Shown: positions 14,001 through 25,763, numbered from the stretch's first letter. The stretch is 64,000 bases of DNA from Acanthaster planci (GCF_001949145.1 NW_019091362.1:1247838-1311837); one strand, 5' to 3'. Program-made: numbers and translations. The notes: generated from the letters alone by a model not told the origin.

Positions 14001-15300
14001 CCAATCTGATTCAGCTGCAGATGCTAGCATTCCTGTTACTTCGGTGACATTTGGAGTTCTTCAAAATATGAGTATTATTCCATGCACATGTGTACTGGTA
14101 GGATTTTAGACTTTGGAAGAAATTTCATGGATACCGCTTCACACCCTGTGCAATAAAGGACTGGTCTGAGAAAGGTTGAAGTGCTCTCCAAGTGAATAGG
14201 CCTACGTACCTAAATATTTTCATTACTAAATTTGACCTTTTAGTTATAGGATATGTGTTGAAAGTTGAAACTTCTTTTGGGGATCGTATATTTGGGACCA
14301 TGTTCCTACATGTACAACAGCAGGGAGACCTACATTTTAACTTTTGGATTCACCTTGGTAGATGACTGTGACATGATGCTCAACAACGGTATGTTTGTCA
14401 AAAAAGGGCAGAGTTTTGAGGGAAATTATGAGGGGGAAACTGTGAGTGTTACACATGACACATGGTGGATTCAAATTTGCATTGCTGGTTTATCAGTAAG
14501 AAAGTCGCGCATTCTCTCATAATTTACAATTTGACATTTCCAAATAATAGCGTCAAGCCCAATAAAGAGTACATTGCTTTTGGAGGGGGCTGACCAGTTT
14601 TACAGGATTAAAATGACAATGGAACTGGGGGGGGTCCCTTATTAATATAATCCCCCAATGTTTAGTAATAAATAGGTCACTGCAGGGAAACTTAGTGGCA
14701 TCCGTATGTACTGAATTCTTTCCCAGATTTTCAACTTATAAAGGTGAAGCCATTAAAAAGAGCAGATTGGTTTTTATTAAAACAGGTCCAAGTATTAAGT
14801 GTGCAAATTATTAGGCCTATGCGGGATAGAGAGCCTAGACTGGCCCTCGGCCCCTACTTAACAAAGAAACAAATATATATCCATTGCCATATCCACAGCA
14901 TTCTGTCTCTGTTAATGACGGTAGGCCTCATGAGTAGGCCCTAATTAGGATTCCACATCATCTCTTGAAATTAAGACACGGTTGGACGCAGGCGACAGTG
15001 TCATGTAAAGAGGCCAAGAACCAGGGTCTCGGTTTCTCAGCCAAGGGTTAGGACGCCCTTTCGGCTTTCCTGGGCCTTGCGACAAACATTTACAGAGGAC
15101 ACACTCCTATAAAAAAAAAATTACTTTACTCACTGGTTTCTTTCCGTTGTTGATATTAAACGTCCAAATCACTCATCGTGTCTTCGAACAACCGTTTCTG
15201 CACACTGACGGCTTCCGTACGCAAATAAGTTTTTCGGTAAAACAGAGTGCTACAACAGTTCGCCCAGATCATTCTCAAAATTTTATCCCGTTCCTCTCTC
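11078..15300 (-). other. Candidate 5' non-coding exons of a - strand transcript (~15300-15134, 11789-11438, 11136-11078)
   Basis: Minus-strand donors GTGAGT (15128-15133), AAG|GTAAAA (11437) and CAG|GTAAG (11077), with AG acceptors at 11790-91 and 11137-38. No long joined reading frame found. The first exon lies at the CpG-rich edge next to the gap; its 5' end is approximate. Confidence 0.35.
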
Positions 15301-15332
15301 TTCTATATATCTTCTCTGAGAAGATAGTGAGA

Positions 15333-15346
15333 GCGCCCTCCAGCGG
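15333..15346 (-). promoter_or_regulatory. CTCF-like motif (CCGCTGGAGGGCGC)
   Basis: Close match to the CTCF core CCASYAGRKGGCRS, in a CpG-rich stretch beside a candidate first exon. Confidence 0.4.
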
Positions 15347-15371
15347 CGACAAGAACGACCGCCTGCGCCGC

Positions 15372-15714
15372 NNNNNNNNNNNNNNNNNNNNNNNNNNNNN
15401 NNNNNNNNNNNNNNNNNNNNNNNNNNNNNNNNNNNNNNNNNNNNNNNNNNNNNNNNNNNNNNNNNNNNNNNNNNNNNNNNNNNNNNNNNNNNNNNNNNNN
15501 NNNNNNNNNNNNNNNNNNNNNNNNNNNNNNNNNNNNNNNNNNNNNNNNNNNNNNNNNNNNNNNNNNNNNNNNNNNNNNNNNNNNNNNNNNNNNNNNNNNN
15601 NNNNNNNNNNNNNNNNNNNNNNNNNNNNNNNNNNNNNNNNNNNNNNNNNNNNNNNNNNNNNNNNNNNNNNNNNNNNNNNNNNNNNNNNNNNNNNNNNNNN
15701 NNNNNNNNNNNNNN
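15372..15714. other. Assembly gap (N run)
   Basis: Run of n characters. Confidence 1.
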
Positions 15715-16389
15715 CTATTTTCAATGGAGCTTGAATTCGTTCAGTGCACCCCTAATCAGGCTGCATCCGAAACTCTTGTCTAGAGCTGGGTCTAGGTCTT
15801 CAATCCATTGTAAATGCGTACAGACAATAGACCTAGCCGTAGCGCTGGAAGTCCCTTTTCGGACGCGGCCTCAGTCTGCGCTCTGTTGAATTGTGAGACC
15901 GTACTTGTAAGAATAACCATCTTCAAGTATATCGCGTTTACAAGAAAGTTAGCGTTGTTCTTTTCCTTAAACGAAATGAAAAAAGGCCCACTTCTAGACC
16001 TGGTTTATTATAAAGCAGATTTTGTAAAAGAGCCCCGTAATTTATTTGTCAACTCTAAAAGGACACTTTGCGAATATTCCACTGCCATAGTTCTTCAGAT
16101 TAAAAACTTAATTCCTTTTCGATCAAAATAGCAACAACGTAAATGGTAGGAACATTCAGAAGTCCATATGAAATCATATGAACTGTAAAACAAATATATA
16201 TATTTGTTTTCCGTCTAGGCCTGATATGCTTGCGACAGTCGACGTGTGATTGACTTGTAACACTACTTTTTTTCTTGATACAAAAGTCCTCCTGTGCTTG
16301 CAAATAGGCCCCGTTTTGGCTTACTAAGCAATGACGGTCAAAATGAAGAGATGCGACACGAACTGATAAGATCTTGAGTGTACCCTGGA

Positions 16390-16395
16390 TTTATT
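16390..16395 (-). terminator. Candidate polyadenylation signal (AATAAA) of the C-type lectin gene
   Basis: tttatt on + strand, ~980 nt downstream of the lectin stop codon. Confidence 0.35.
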
Positions 16396-17371
16396 TGAAC
16401 TTAAAGGCAAAGGAGCCAGACACCATATTAATGACAGTAAAATAAACATCTCATCAAAAAGTCTTGAATAAAAAAATCACAAAAAAACTCGAATAGACAT
16501 GATTTTTTATATATATATAAATTAAAAATATGTAAACACAAAAATCCATTGCTTTCTTGGCGAGACTCTATAACATTATGGCAACATGCATGACTGCACA
16601 CTAACGCCACAATATTGACGAATCAAGTTCGTGTGACAACCGTTTGGTAATCGTTCTTCTAAATTCGTTGATTTTACTGATGCCAATCACCATGATTAAA
16701 TAATGATATCTGGCCACCCAATTAAGTGTAAAATTTTTACCCATCTAGGAAACCAAAGACATAAATTCAACCGATAAGGTAAACACCATTACTAGAATAT
16801 TAAAAATACGATCTTTGATGACCAAGTTAGGTAGGTATAATGATTTGTTTTAATACCGAAATAAACAGCAAACATCCGTGTAGCATAATTATATTATCGC
16901 TAATTTGCTCAAGAGGTTTATACCTACGTCGAACTTTGGCTAAACTACGGATCATAAAACTCACTTTTGTTCTATTTGCACTTTGGCCCCTCAAAGGGCA
17001 TATCAGATATTTTGGGTACAGTATACTACAGCTTTAAATATCTCTGAACAGGACAGATTAATTATAATATTGAAGAGGTACCTTTTAATACAAGAATCAG
17101 ACATTTCTGTGGCAGGGTCGACATGATAGTGGGTCAATACAATATAGTGGTGATACTACATGTAGGAACGTATCTTAAACTTCGTTTCTCCAGCTTTCAC
17201 TATCGGTTCGCCCCAGCAACTACTGCAAACATTTAGTGTTCGAGCAAAACAAACCAGACCAACATTTTGACCATGATAAGACAAGGGAGATTTAGCCCGA
17301 AAAAAAAAATCACGAACATGCAAGCTCAACCAGAACCGAAAGGAAGCCGAAATTTGAGAAATGCCTTGAGA

Positions 17372-19196
17372 CTATTCTTTGAGGCTTCGCCTCTTCCGCA
17401 CAACACGCTCCACTTTTGCCATCGGCATTTTGCAGACATATCGGAGCTTCTGACCACAATCCTGGTAGCCCCACCGCTTGTTAACTGCATACGAACACAG
17501 CCCGGGAGACGCTGCATTGATTTCTGAAGCCCGGTAACCCAAGACCTTGCCATCCAGCCACGCGTTCCCGTTCCTGCCGATCCAGAACGAGTTGGTCGCG
17601 ACAGAGGTGGCCATCAAGAAGTCGTTTTCCTCGGCAGAGGTTATTGAGACCAAGTTGGCTTGTTCCATGACTTCGTTGCCGAAGAAGTAGGAGCGGCATA
17701 TATCTCTCGCTTCTTCCCATGGTAACTCCACCACGGAGAAGTGATAGCAGAATCCACTGTGCTCTTTCCAGGTTGGGAAGCAATACTTCTGGCCGGTACT
17801 TCTTGCAGGTAATTCTGAGGTTAGCGCTGAATCCAATGCTGATGACGCTACATTTCGTGACTCCGGTACAACCTCAACTGACTTTTTATACTTCTCTGTT
17901 TTCTTAAACTTGCAGAGGAATCGCAATCTCGCCGAACACTCTGTGTGTCCCCATTCTGCCTTGTGGTTAATAAATGCACAACCATCCGGTGCACCATCCC
18001 GTTGTGATTGAACCAAATTGGCGTTGAAGTCGGTCCCTTCATTGACTATCCAGCTGTTTTGCTCGCCCATCTTTTTCTTGCCGATCCAGGTGTGAGCGCC
18101 GCCTGCCTGACTTTTTACCATCAGCCCAAGCAGGAGGTTTTCCAGCACGTTTTCTATCGTCGTCAGATGAGCTTGGTAGTTAACGCCATCTCCTAGGTCG
18201 ATATTCTTACAGTGATCCTCGGCATCGTCCCAAGATTTCTCTTCGGCAAAGAACTTGTAGCAGGAGCTACCCTGTTTTGTCCACCCACCTGGACAAGATG
18301 CAGTCTGACTAGTGGACGAGACAAAGGGTCTGACCGGTTGATTGACGGAAGAGGTGTCGGGGGATGGTGCTGCCGCTGACTTGACTGGGACAGGAGAAGG
18401 TCGAGCGGGCGCGGGAGCCTTCTGAGCTGGGACTGGGGCACCTTGGGCCGGCAAAGACTGAGCCTGCTGGGGCCTAGGCGGTGATTGGGTGATGCTGCTG
18501 ATTCCCGTGCTCACACTTTTGCTTTTGGCGGAATTTCTGAAGGCAGCGCCGAATGTGAATGGGAGCCTCTTGCCACTAGTTCCGCTTCTGGTTATTTGGA
18601 AACTTTTCCCAAAGCTCAGACCCGAAAATGGTGATTTCTTAACTGATGAACCAAGGGTGCGAGTGATAGGGGATTTGCTGCTGGTCCTCTTTTTCCACAA
18701 ATTACTGAAGCTGACTTTACGAGTGATTGCCGAACTCTTCTGCGAAGTCTGTGGATTGGTCCTTCCTAACCTGAATCTGTTGGCCAAAGCGCCGAAGTTG
18801 AAAGGGGCGCTGCGCCGGTTTCTAGGGCTTCTACGTGGAGACTGCGAGTGACCTTCACCACCAGGTGTCTCATCAGCATCGGTATCTGGCCTGCCCAAGT
18901 ACAAGAGGCACTGGTCTCGGAATGCCACCAGGCCCACGGGACAGTGACTCAGCTTGCAGATGTGTGTCGCGGCTTGGTTGCAATCCGAGGTTTGGCCCCA
19001 CAATCCATCTCCAGTTTTGTGCATCTCCGTACAGTAATTGGGCGAGATCTGTTGAAGGTCGGCCTGGCCGTCGTTTGCAAAGTCCAGCTCTGCCGTCCAG
19101 AAAAACCGGTCGCCACCTGGAATGCCGTAGAGTCCGATCCATGTGTCTCCGAGGTTTTCATTTCCTGACGCTGCCTTCTGCCACTCAGAAAGGAAC
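17372..19196 (-). CDS. C-type lectin gene exon 4 (end of CTLD2, linker, CTLD3, CTLD4)
   Basis: TAG|FLSEWQK...DTWIGLYG.. continues in frame into the 550-aa ORF 19024-17372. Confidence 0.93.
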
Positions 19197-20608
19197 CTAT
19201 AAAATGAATGTTAAGGTGAAATCTATTGCATTGCGACGAGTCATATTAGGATTTCATTGATGCATTTAGAAAAAAGTCCCAAATTTGTCCAACCTGGCAG
19301 ATTATAGGCCTCTCGATTTATTTCGAGGATAAGGTTGCGAACAGTAACAACGAATCTGAATGCAAACCGTCACCCACTACTTCGAAATACACGTCGTATC
19401 TCTTTAATCATGCACTACGTGGCCTTCACGTTAGCTATTCAATACCAAACAAAAATCTGCGATACCTGTTCTCGTCGTCAGTCGCTATGGACACCAGATG
19501 ACCCTTGACCTCATCCTTCCGGTGTCCCTGACAGAAGTCTTCGGCCTCACTCCACGATTTCTTCTTGTCGAAGTGCTTGAAGCAGCTACCGGCGTAAGAC
19601 GTCCATCCTCCTGGGCAGTCACTGAGTTCGCACGCGTATGGTAGCATGGTGTTACAGCTTGTGGTCCGCAATGTGGGCTGTTTCTCTTCTATGGTTGCTT
19701 GAGTGCAACCTCCTCCTCTACTGAAGTCAAGCAGTTCGTTTTCGATGACACTAAAAAGATCTATCGGCAACCCATTTGACCACGTCTGGAAGGGAAAAAG
19801 GAAACTTGCAAATAACAATCTTATATCCTGAATAAATGTTAACTTACCTTTACTAATCACGAAAATATTACCATCATGGACCTTCTGATTTCATTTAAAG
19901 TTAATCCATTTCTTACCATCATGTTGTTATTATCCTCCTGTTGCGCTAACCCCACCCACGTACCGCCCTGCTGTGCCTCATCCATGATCAAGCTCAGTAA
20001 CGTGGTTTCTTTCACGTCCGCAAGAGACAACAGGTGACCTCGTTCGCTGGCATCATTGGAAAAAGACTGGCAGTTGGCCTCGGCTGCCTATTTACGTATA
20101 CAAATGTAAGTACCAAAAGTACATTAACATATCTTACAACTCTACACATGTACACGTTCCCAGTCCCATAAGTAAGTCTGATTGAAGTGTGAAGGAAGGA
20201 ACTATCCACACTTCAAATTTACGGGCTGATGAATGTATGCTGTCTAAGCGTTTTCTTAATTGTAACCAACGGGTGACTGACTAGTCTCCAGAGTGTTATT
20301 GGGGAGAGACACATCTACCCAATAGACTTAAGGGAAGAAGATATAGTTGACAGCATGAGTCATATTATTTGATTATGAGCGTTGTCATCAGCATAAACGC
20401 AGTGAAACAGTTTCAAGCAATTGTCAATTATTACTAATTGTTATACATCCAGCAAGACTGCAAATACCTTCCAAGTCATCGGCTCCAAGAATAAACGGGT
20501 ACACTTAAATCCAAGCCTGGTCCATCCCTGAGGACACGTAGCCTCCGATGGCACCACCAGGGTCATGATGACACATACCATCACGAGCCTCCACACAGAG
20601 GAGGTCAT
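17372..20608 (-). CDS. Secreted multi-C-type-lectin-domain protein, 818 aa, 4 exons (20608-20468, 20087-19917, 19785-19466, 19196-17372)
   Basis: Exon lengths 141+171+320+1825=2457 nt join in frame with GT-AG introns (phases 0,0,2). Signal peptide MTSSVWRLVMVCVIMTLVVPSEA. Four CTLDs with CPxGW..C..W..A...C, HLVSI, WIG/WVG and C-terminal C..C/(F/Y)xC motifs. Confidence 0.93.
19466..19785 (-). CDS. C-type lectin gene exon 3 (end of CTLD1, start of CTLD2)
   Basis: CAG|TWSNGLP...LPYACELSDCPGGWTSYAGSCFKHF...HLVSIATDDENR|GTATC. Confidence 0.92.
19917..20087 (-). CDS. C-type lectin gene exon 2
   Basis: TAG|AAEANCQSFSNDASERGHLLSLADVKETTLLSLIMDEAQQGGTWVGLAQQEDNNNMM|GTAAG; this frame is not in the ORF track. 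Confidence 0.88.
20468..20608 (-). CDS. C-type lectin gene exon 1 (signal peptide + CTLD1 start)
   Basis: MTSSVW...CPQGWTRLGFKCTRLFLEPMTWK|GTATTT. Confidence 0.9.
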
Positions 20609-21337
20609 GTTGAAAAGTTTTAAAATTCCGGTGATTTCGAAGGGTTTTCTTTCTCTCAAATGTGCATTACCCTACGGCGGGCAAAAGGATGATGCAGTTC
20701 CACGACCCATCGGTTTAATTGTTTCGCCAATTCATCAGCAGGTGCTTACGCTATTTCCACAACATAATAGCCACACCACCAACAAAAATCGATAAAGATA
20801 TTAATCGATGGATACAGTAAAACAGAACAAGGCCTACCTTTCCTGATATCGATCGTTTCGTCTTGATCGCGACACACCGTTCTATACTGTTGTTTTAAAC
20901 AGTTTTCCAGTATCGATTAATTGCGTCTATTATCGGATAGACTTCAATACTGAAGGGCAACAATATCATTGTCGTCATTGTTATCGTGCACGTCAAATAA
21001 AAATGATACAATTACCAGTATCTTTATCTGAACGCAGTTTGAACGTGGGGTGTTTTTTATTTAGTTTTGTTTTTCAAATCTCTGTGGTCCTTTATCGTTG
21101 GGTTTGACAACGAAAATTGCTCATTTGGGAGTGCAGAGTGCGTGTTGGGTTCGTTTGATGCACGAACAGGTGATGAAGTAATAGGCCTGTTTCTTACAGC
21201 AAAATCAGGCAAAAACGAATTATGCAGTTTACCTAAGATTGTTGGCAAAATGTTGTGTGTATTGAAAAACTGGAAACTACAACTTTTCTTGACAATTCTC
21301 AACGGCGTGAAGCCTTCAGCATCCTAACCAGTTAGGT

Positions 21338-21351
21338 ACCGTAGAGGGCGC
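21338..21351 (+). promoter_or_regulatory. CTCF-like motif (ACCGTAGAGGGCGC)
   Basis: TAGAGGGCGC core match, ~730 bp upstream of the lectin ATG. Confidence 0.3.
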
Positions 21352-22441
21352 TCCATAACGTCTGCGAGCTGCGTATGAAAGAGGGCCCTATGGGACAGGT
21401 TTTTGAAATTTCAGTCGTTTATTGCGCATCTTGAATGAAATAAACTTTGGCCACACTTAATCTGAAGAGTGGCAAGTTCAGTCCACTAATTCCTTCACTT
21501 TTTCTATTCACACATGTCCTTTTCACATACACGATACAGCGTAAACCTCATGAACGCCCATGCACTGTACTTCTTACGCGTACGAATAAGCATTGAGCTA
21601 TTAAAAATGAGAGAATGTCCATGTAAATATCGTTTTGTATCGTGTAGCCATCGTGAACTAACGCAAATGCTGCGTTCCAAAACTTGAACAGTCATCGTGT
21701 GTCCTTTGTCGACATGTCACAACTTATAATACGATAAAAGATAACATCGAGCGCGTGACAACAGAAAAAAGTCAAACAGAAATTGATAATGATTTTCCCA
21801 GGTCTTTGCAGTTTCTTGGTCTGAGCAGGGAATCGCATGTATGGGCATCGTTGTTACCAGAGACCACTGGCTTATTAGGTTTAGAGTTAATTTCTGGTTG
21901 AAAAGACCGGTGGCCTCTGAAAACGCCTGTAATTCTATTATGTGAGTCGTTGATTTGATTGGTGTCCGGGACGGCCGTTGTTTGCCACTGCTGTTTTGGC
22001 GGTGAGGTCTTTATACACCAATCGAACATGCTGAAATTTGGTTTCGACGTCTGGCTTGTCCCATCCCCAGTCTTTCAGGAAACTGAAGAAATAAAAGCAC
22101 CAGCATTTCACATTTGATACATTGTAAAGATAACAGCTTAATGGTTCTTTTGAAAATATTCATTGGCTACGTTGTGACGCTGTTGTAAGACGTCACATCA
22201 GCCGCGTGTCAGCATATTCTGTGTTAATCTATTCGGTCGTATTTATTTAGAATGTATTTTCGGGCTCCTTCGCTGCGCTTATCCGCGTGAAAAGTAGTTT
22301 GACTCTAATGCCCAACATAACACAAACGAAGCAAGAGGAGAGCAAATATTGATTCTTTTATATTTATTGGAAAGCATGGGAAGAGCCAGTGCAACATGAA
22401 CTATGACAAAGAATCACGGGGGCTTTACCTTGAAAAAGAAA

Positions 22442-22700
22442 CTAATGAGCAGGACCCATGGTAGACGTATTGGTATCTTGGCCTAATTCATGTGGGGCCT
22501 CTCGACGTTTTCGGTTCTCGATCTCCTTTAGAGCAGATTCTTCTGCTGCCTTGACTCGTTTCTGCTGCTCGGGTGAGAGCTTCGAAGATGAATCTTTTTC
22601 GAAGTGTGACACAGTCAGCCAGCTTGCTTTGCTGTTGTCGGCGATCTTCATTTTTTGTTTTCTCTCGTGGATGAGTTCTTCTGCTTCTGATCGATGGCTC
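22442..22700 (-). mobile_element. Retrotransposon gag-like remnant (DIRS/Ngaro-type)
   Basis: EAEELIHERKQKMKIADNSKASWLTVSHFE...EQQKRVKAAEESA resembles, from memory, the RQKLIKxADxSxxGWxTVxEY...EKRIxxAE motif of tyrosine-recombinase retrotransposon gag proteins in marine invertebrates. Confidence 0.55.
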
Positions 22701-23094
22701 GGTCTACGTCAACTTTCTTGATAAGGGCTACCTTTATTTTTTTCAAGTAGGCCCTACATGTATGAGTTCCAGCTGTCCGCAGAATGGGTATTACTCGATA
22801 TTACCAGGTTTGACGAAATCTTCAGCTTCAAGTTTGATTTTTAGTTCCTCTAGCTGAACATTGTCCTTCGTGTCCGGAATAGACAGATTGTTGAATTTGT
22901 GGCCGAAGTAATCTTTGAATTCTTTCTCGAACAGAATATGTGGATCGAATTTGGTGGTTCCTGTCACTCTCAGAATCCATAGCTCCGTGTGATATACTAA
23001 TGCGTAGGACTCAGCAACGTGCAATAGGCGTGAACTCATGGCATTTTTTTTAATGGCGCCTTCAGCAACTCAGGCTATTTGCGCCAATAACTGT

Positions 23095-23304
23095 ACGTTT
23101 ATTCATACACTTTATTAATCAGCATCACATTACAGAGTTAGGCAGAAGGTCCAGTTTTAGAGGCAGGAGGAACCCGGAGTACCCGGAGAAAACCTACGAG
23201 AGCGAGTATGGACTGGAAACCAAATGCACTTAAAGCCAGGACTCGAACCCAGGCCTCATTGGAGCAAAGCGAGGAAAGAACCTCTACGCCAACCCGCTCC
23301 CCCC
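23095..23304 (-). mobile_element. tRNA-derived SINE with V-SINE-like core
   Basis: On - strand: A-box-like GGTTGGCGTAGAGG, B box GGTTCGAGTCC, then GGTTTTCTCCGGGTACTCCGGGTTCCTCC (V-domain-like) and an AT-rich tail. Confidence 0.75.
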
Positions 23305-23319
23305 AACTGATGGGCGTCG

Positions 23320-23960
23320 TTAAGGAAACTGCTTAGGCCTATATATAATTCTACTTTGTAGTGGATGGTGTACTCCGACCGGTATTCTCGGTAAAGACGC
23401 GGCCGGAAATGCCCAAACATTACCAATACCATTCAAAGTTCGGAATAGTTCGACTATTCCCGAAAGTCTGGAGGAGTGTTGGTCACGTGGACATTGGGTG
23501 ATACAGGGCTGTTTTCCAATACTCAATTCGGCTCCGTCTCAGGCTTCAACTGTTTTTAAACTAGCTGACTTTGAAGCTGTAAGCGCAGTAATCAGTCTAA
23601 TAGTGCCACAGAACATAAAATAAGATGTAAGAAAGCCAAAAAATACAGTAATCCAAAGTAACCCAAACGCTTCATACCCACAATCGGGAATTGGTTTTTG
23701 GAACGAAGCCTGAGACGGAGACGAAGTTGAGTATTGGAAAACGGCCCAGGATCCGTGATTAGGAGAGTAGTCGGAATCATTGGGTCTGGTGTCCAGAATA
23801 CGTCCAGACATATGTAGCAAGTTGAGCTAGTTTTAGCTAATTCGCCGCAGCGAGATGAACAACTCGCCGCGGCGAGATAAATAACTAGGCCTATAGTATC
23901 TCGGAAAAATACGAGTATCTCGAAAACAAATTTTGCAAGTGGCCCTTATACGCTTCCGTA
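23320..23960. mobile_element. End of a DNA transposon (IS3EU-like terminus) with a degenerate internal ORF
   Basis: Ends ...gtggcccttatacgcttccgta (reverse complement TACGGAAGCG..). Subterminal tcgccgc(a/g)gcgagat repeats. The adjacent - strand ORFs (23820-23539, 23526-23320) are in one frame, broken by a stop. Superfamily assignment from recalled TAY..RTA termini only. Confidence 0.4.
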
Positions 23961-24568
23961 TGAATATTTTCACTATGTCGTGAGCTTTTTTCACTTGTCA
24001 CAAATATTTTTACATTAGCTTGGAAAGTGCGCGCTAATAACAAACGGCAAATACATGATGATAAGCGCTGCCACGCCTAATGACCTTGATCATTCTGCAT
24101 GTACATTGTACAGCGGTGTAGTCATGTATGGTTGTCTAAGTGCAATGCCAAGTGGACAGTGAAGCTGTGCATTGAGAAAGAAACAAGGGCATTGGGAAAC
24201 GACATGGCTCAGAAAAACAAGGTTTGCTTTCCTTTCGGAGCTAGGTCTAGGTCTTCACCACCTTGGAAATACGCGGTGACGCACAGACAACAGACCTTGC
24301 TGTAGCTCTGGAAGCCTGTTTCGTTTGGACGGCCTTTGTAGCGCATGTCGAGAAAATATCAAACCCTTCAAGTTACTGGAAAAATATTCGCGACAAGGTT
24401 TGCGACTAGTAAATTATTCATGACATTGTCGTGAAAAAATATTCAGGGCGTCGCTAAAAATATTCACCACTAGTCGTGAAAAAATTCACGACGTCGTACA
24501 AATATTCAAGACGTCGCACAAATATTAACGACTAGTCGTGAATGTTATGTCCTTTCAGGGCCGCCATA
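23961..24568. mobile_element. Non-autonomous DNA transposon remnant with subterminal tandem repeats (IS3EU-like end)
   Basis: Tandem ~21-24 bp units (aaatattcacgac..gtcgtga) at ~24380-24542, followed by terminus atgtcctttcagggccgccata (reverse complement TATGGCGGCCCTGAAAGGACAT). Confidence 0.5.
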
Positions 24569-25763
24569 GGTTTGGGATACCCGAGGGCTGATCCTCAGAC
24601 TAAAAGGGGTCCCATGACATGCTCCCCCGGGAAACTGAAAAGATAATGGACAAATCAAATCCAGCATTCTGGTACATTTGAAATGCCTATAAAAAGCATA
24701 TCTAAGACTTACATTTTGTGGTTGTGTTATTACTGAAACAGCAGAGAATTGAATCATTCTATAAATTTGGAGCCCAATTCTTTTCCCATCCCTGTTTTTA
24801 TGGCATTTGATTTTTAATGTTTAGAACTCATTGTTTAAGGAACAATGAAAGCGTTAGCCAGTGCGTATAAGCCAGGATTTTGTCTGCAAGCTAAAAAAAT
24901 GGAATTGGCGTTCCATTAAGGATGAATTACAGATTGAGCTACAATGAAGACTCTGATAGTAAGATAGAAACAAGGGCGCACACGGGGGGGTGTCGGGGGC
25001 TCAAACGAACCCCGGTTAGAACACCCCCTCTCCTTCCCTTTCCTTTGTAATTGGGTCATTCTATAAATTTGGGGTCCAAAGTGTGACTTTTGACATGTAT
25101 ACCTCTGACGAGTTCGACAAGGGGTGTATTACTGGAATTAATTTCAAACAATTTTTATTTGTTTGACAGGTTATTTGCAGTACTTATTCAGTCTTGAAGG
25201 TTAAGGTGCATCAAATTTACGGGAATAGAGAACAAAATGCAATTCCCTGACATTTCGTCAGCAAAATATTGAGAAAAATCGACAGACTTCAATTGCAAAA
25301 TGGTCCAAATGCTTTTGTTGTTTTTCAGAACTGCTGGTTCTGCTTGAAAGTTTTAGTTAAAAAAATCTAATAGTTTTAGTGAATGGTGCAAGGCTTTATC
25401 AATTTATTTCGATGAATTTATCTTTATATTTCTTTTTAATTGTTTCTTTTAAAATATGCATGGATACTTCATTGGTATAAAATAACATGTATTTGTTTTT
25501 CCTGTTTACGATGGCCATAAATGTCAGCAGCTGGCCTTGCCACAGCTTAGCTGGTTTCGCTTTTGCCTTCCACTTAGTTAAACGGAAAGTATAGCAAGCT
25601 GTGTTGACCTTAATTTGAAAACATCATTTCTGCATGGAAAGTGTCGAGCTTGGCGCCAAAATCAAGTGCAAAGCCGTTGAAAGTCCCCCTTGCAATTCTA
25701 CAAGTCTTTGAAAGAAACTCCATTTTTTTTTTTTTTTTGTTGGGTTGTTGGGGGTGCTGGGGT

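Noticed and set aside
15147..15734. ORFs of 195 and 149 aa
   Set aside because: Artefacts of reading through the N gap.
17481..19260. Overlapping alternative-frame and antisense ORFs within the lectin exon
   Set aside because: Shadows of the GC-rich true coding frame.
23230..23304. tRNA gene
   Set aside because: A/B boxes are present but continue into a SINE body; no convincing cloverleaf.
24380..24542. CRISPR-like regularly spaced repeats
   Set aside because: Eukaryotic context, degenerate tandem units without unique spacers, and no cas genes; these are transposon subterminal repeats.
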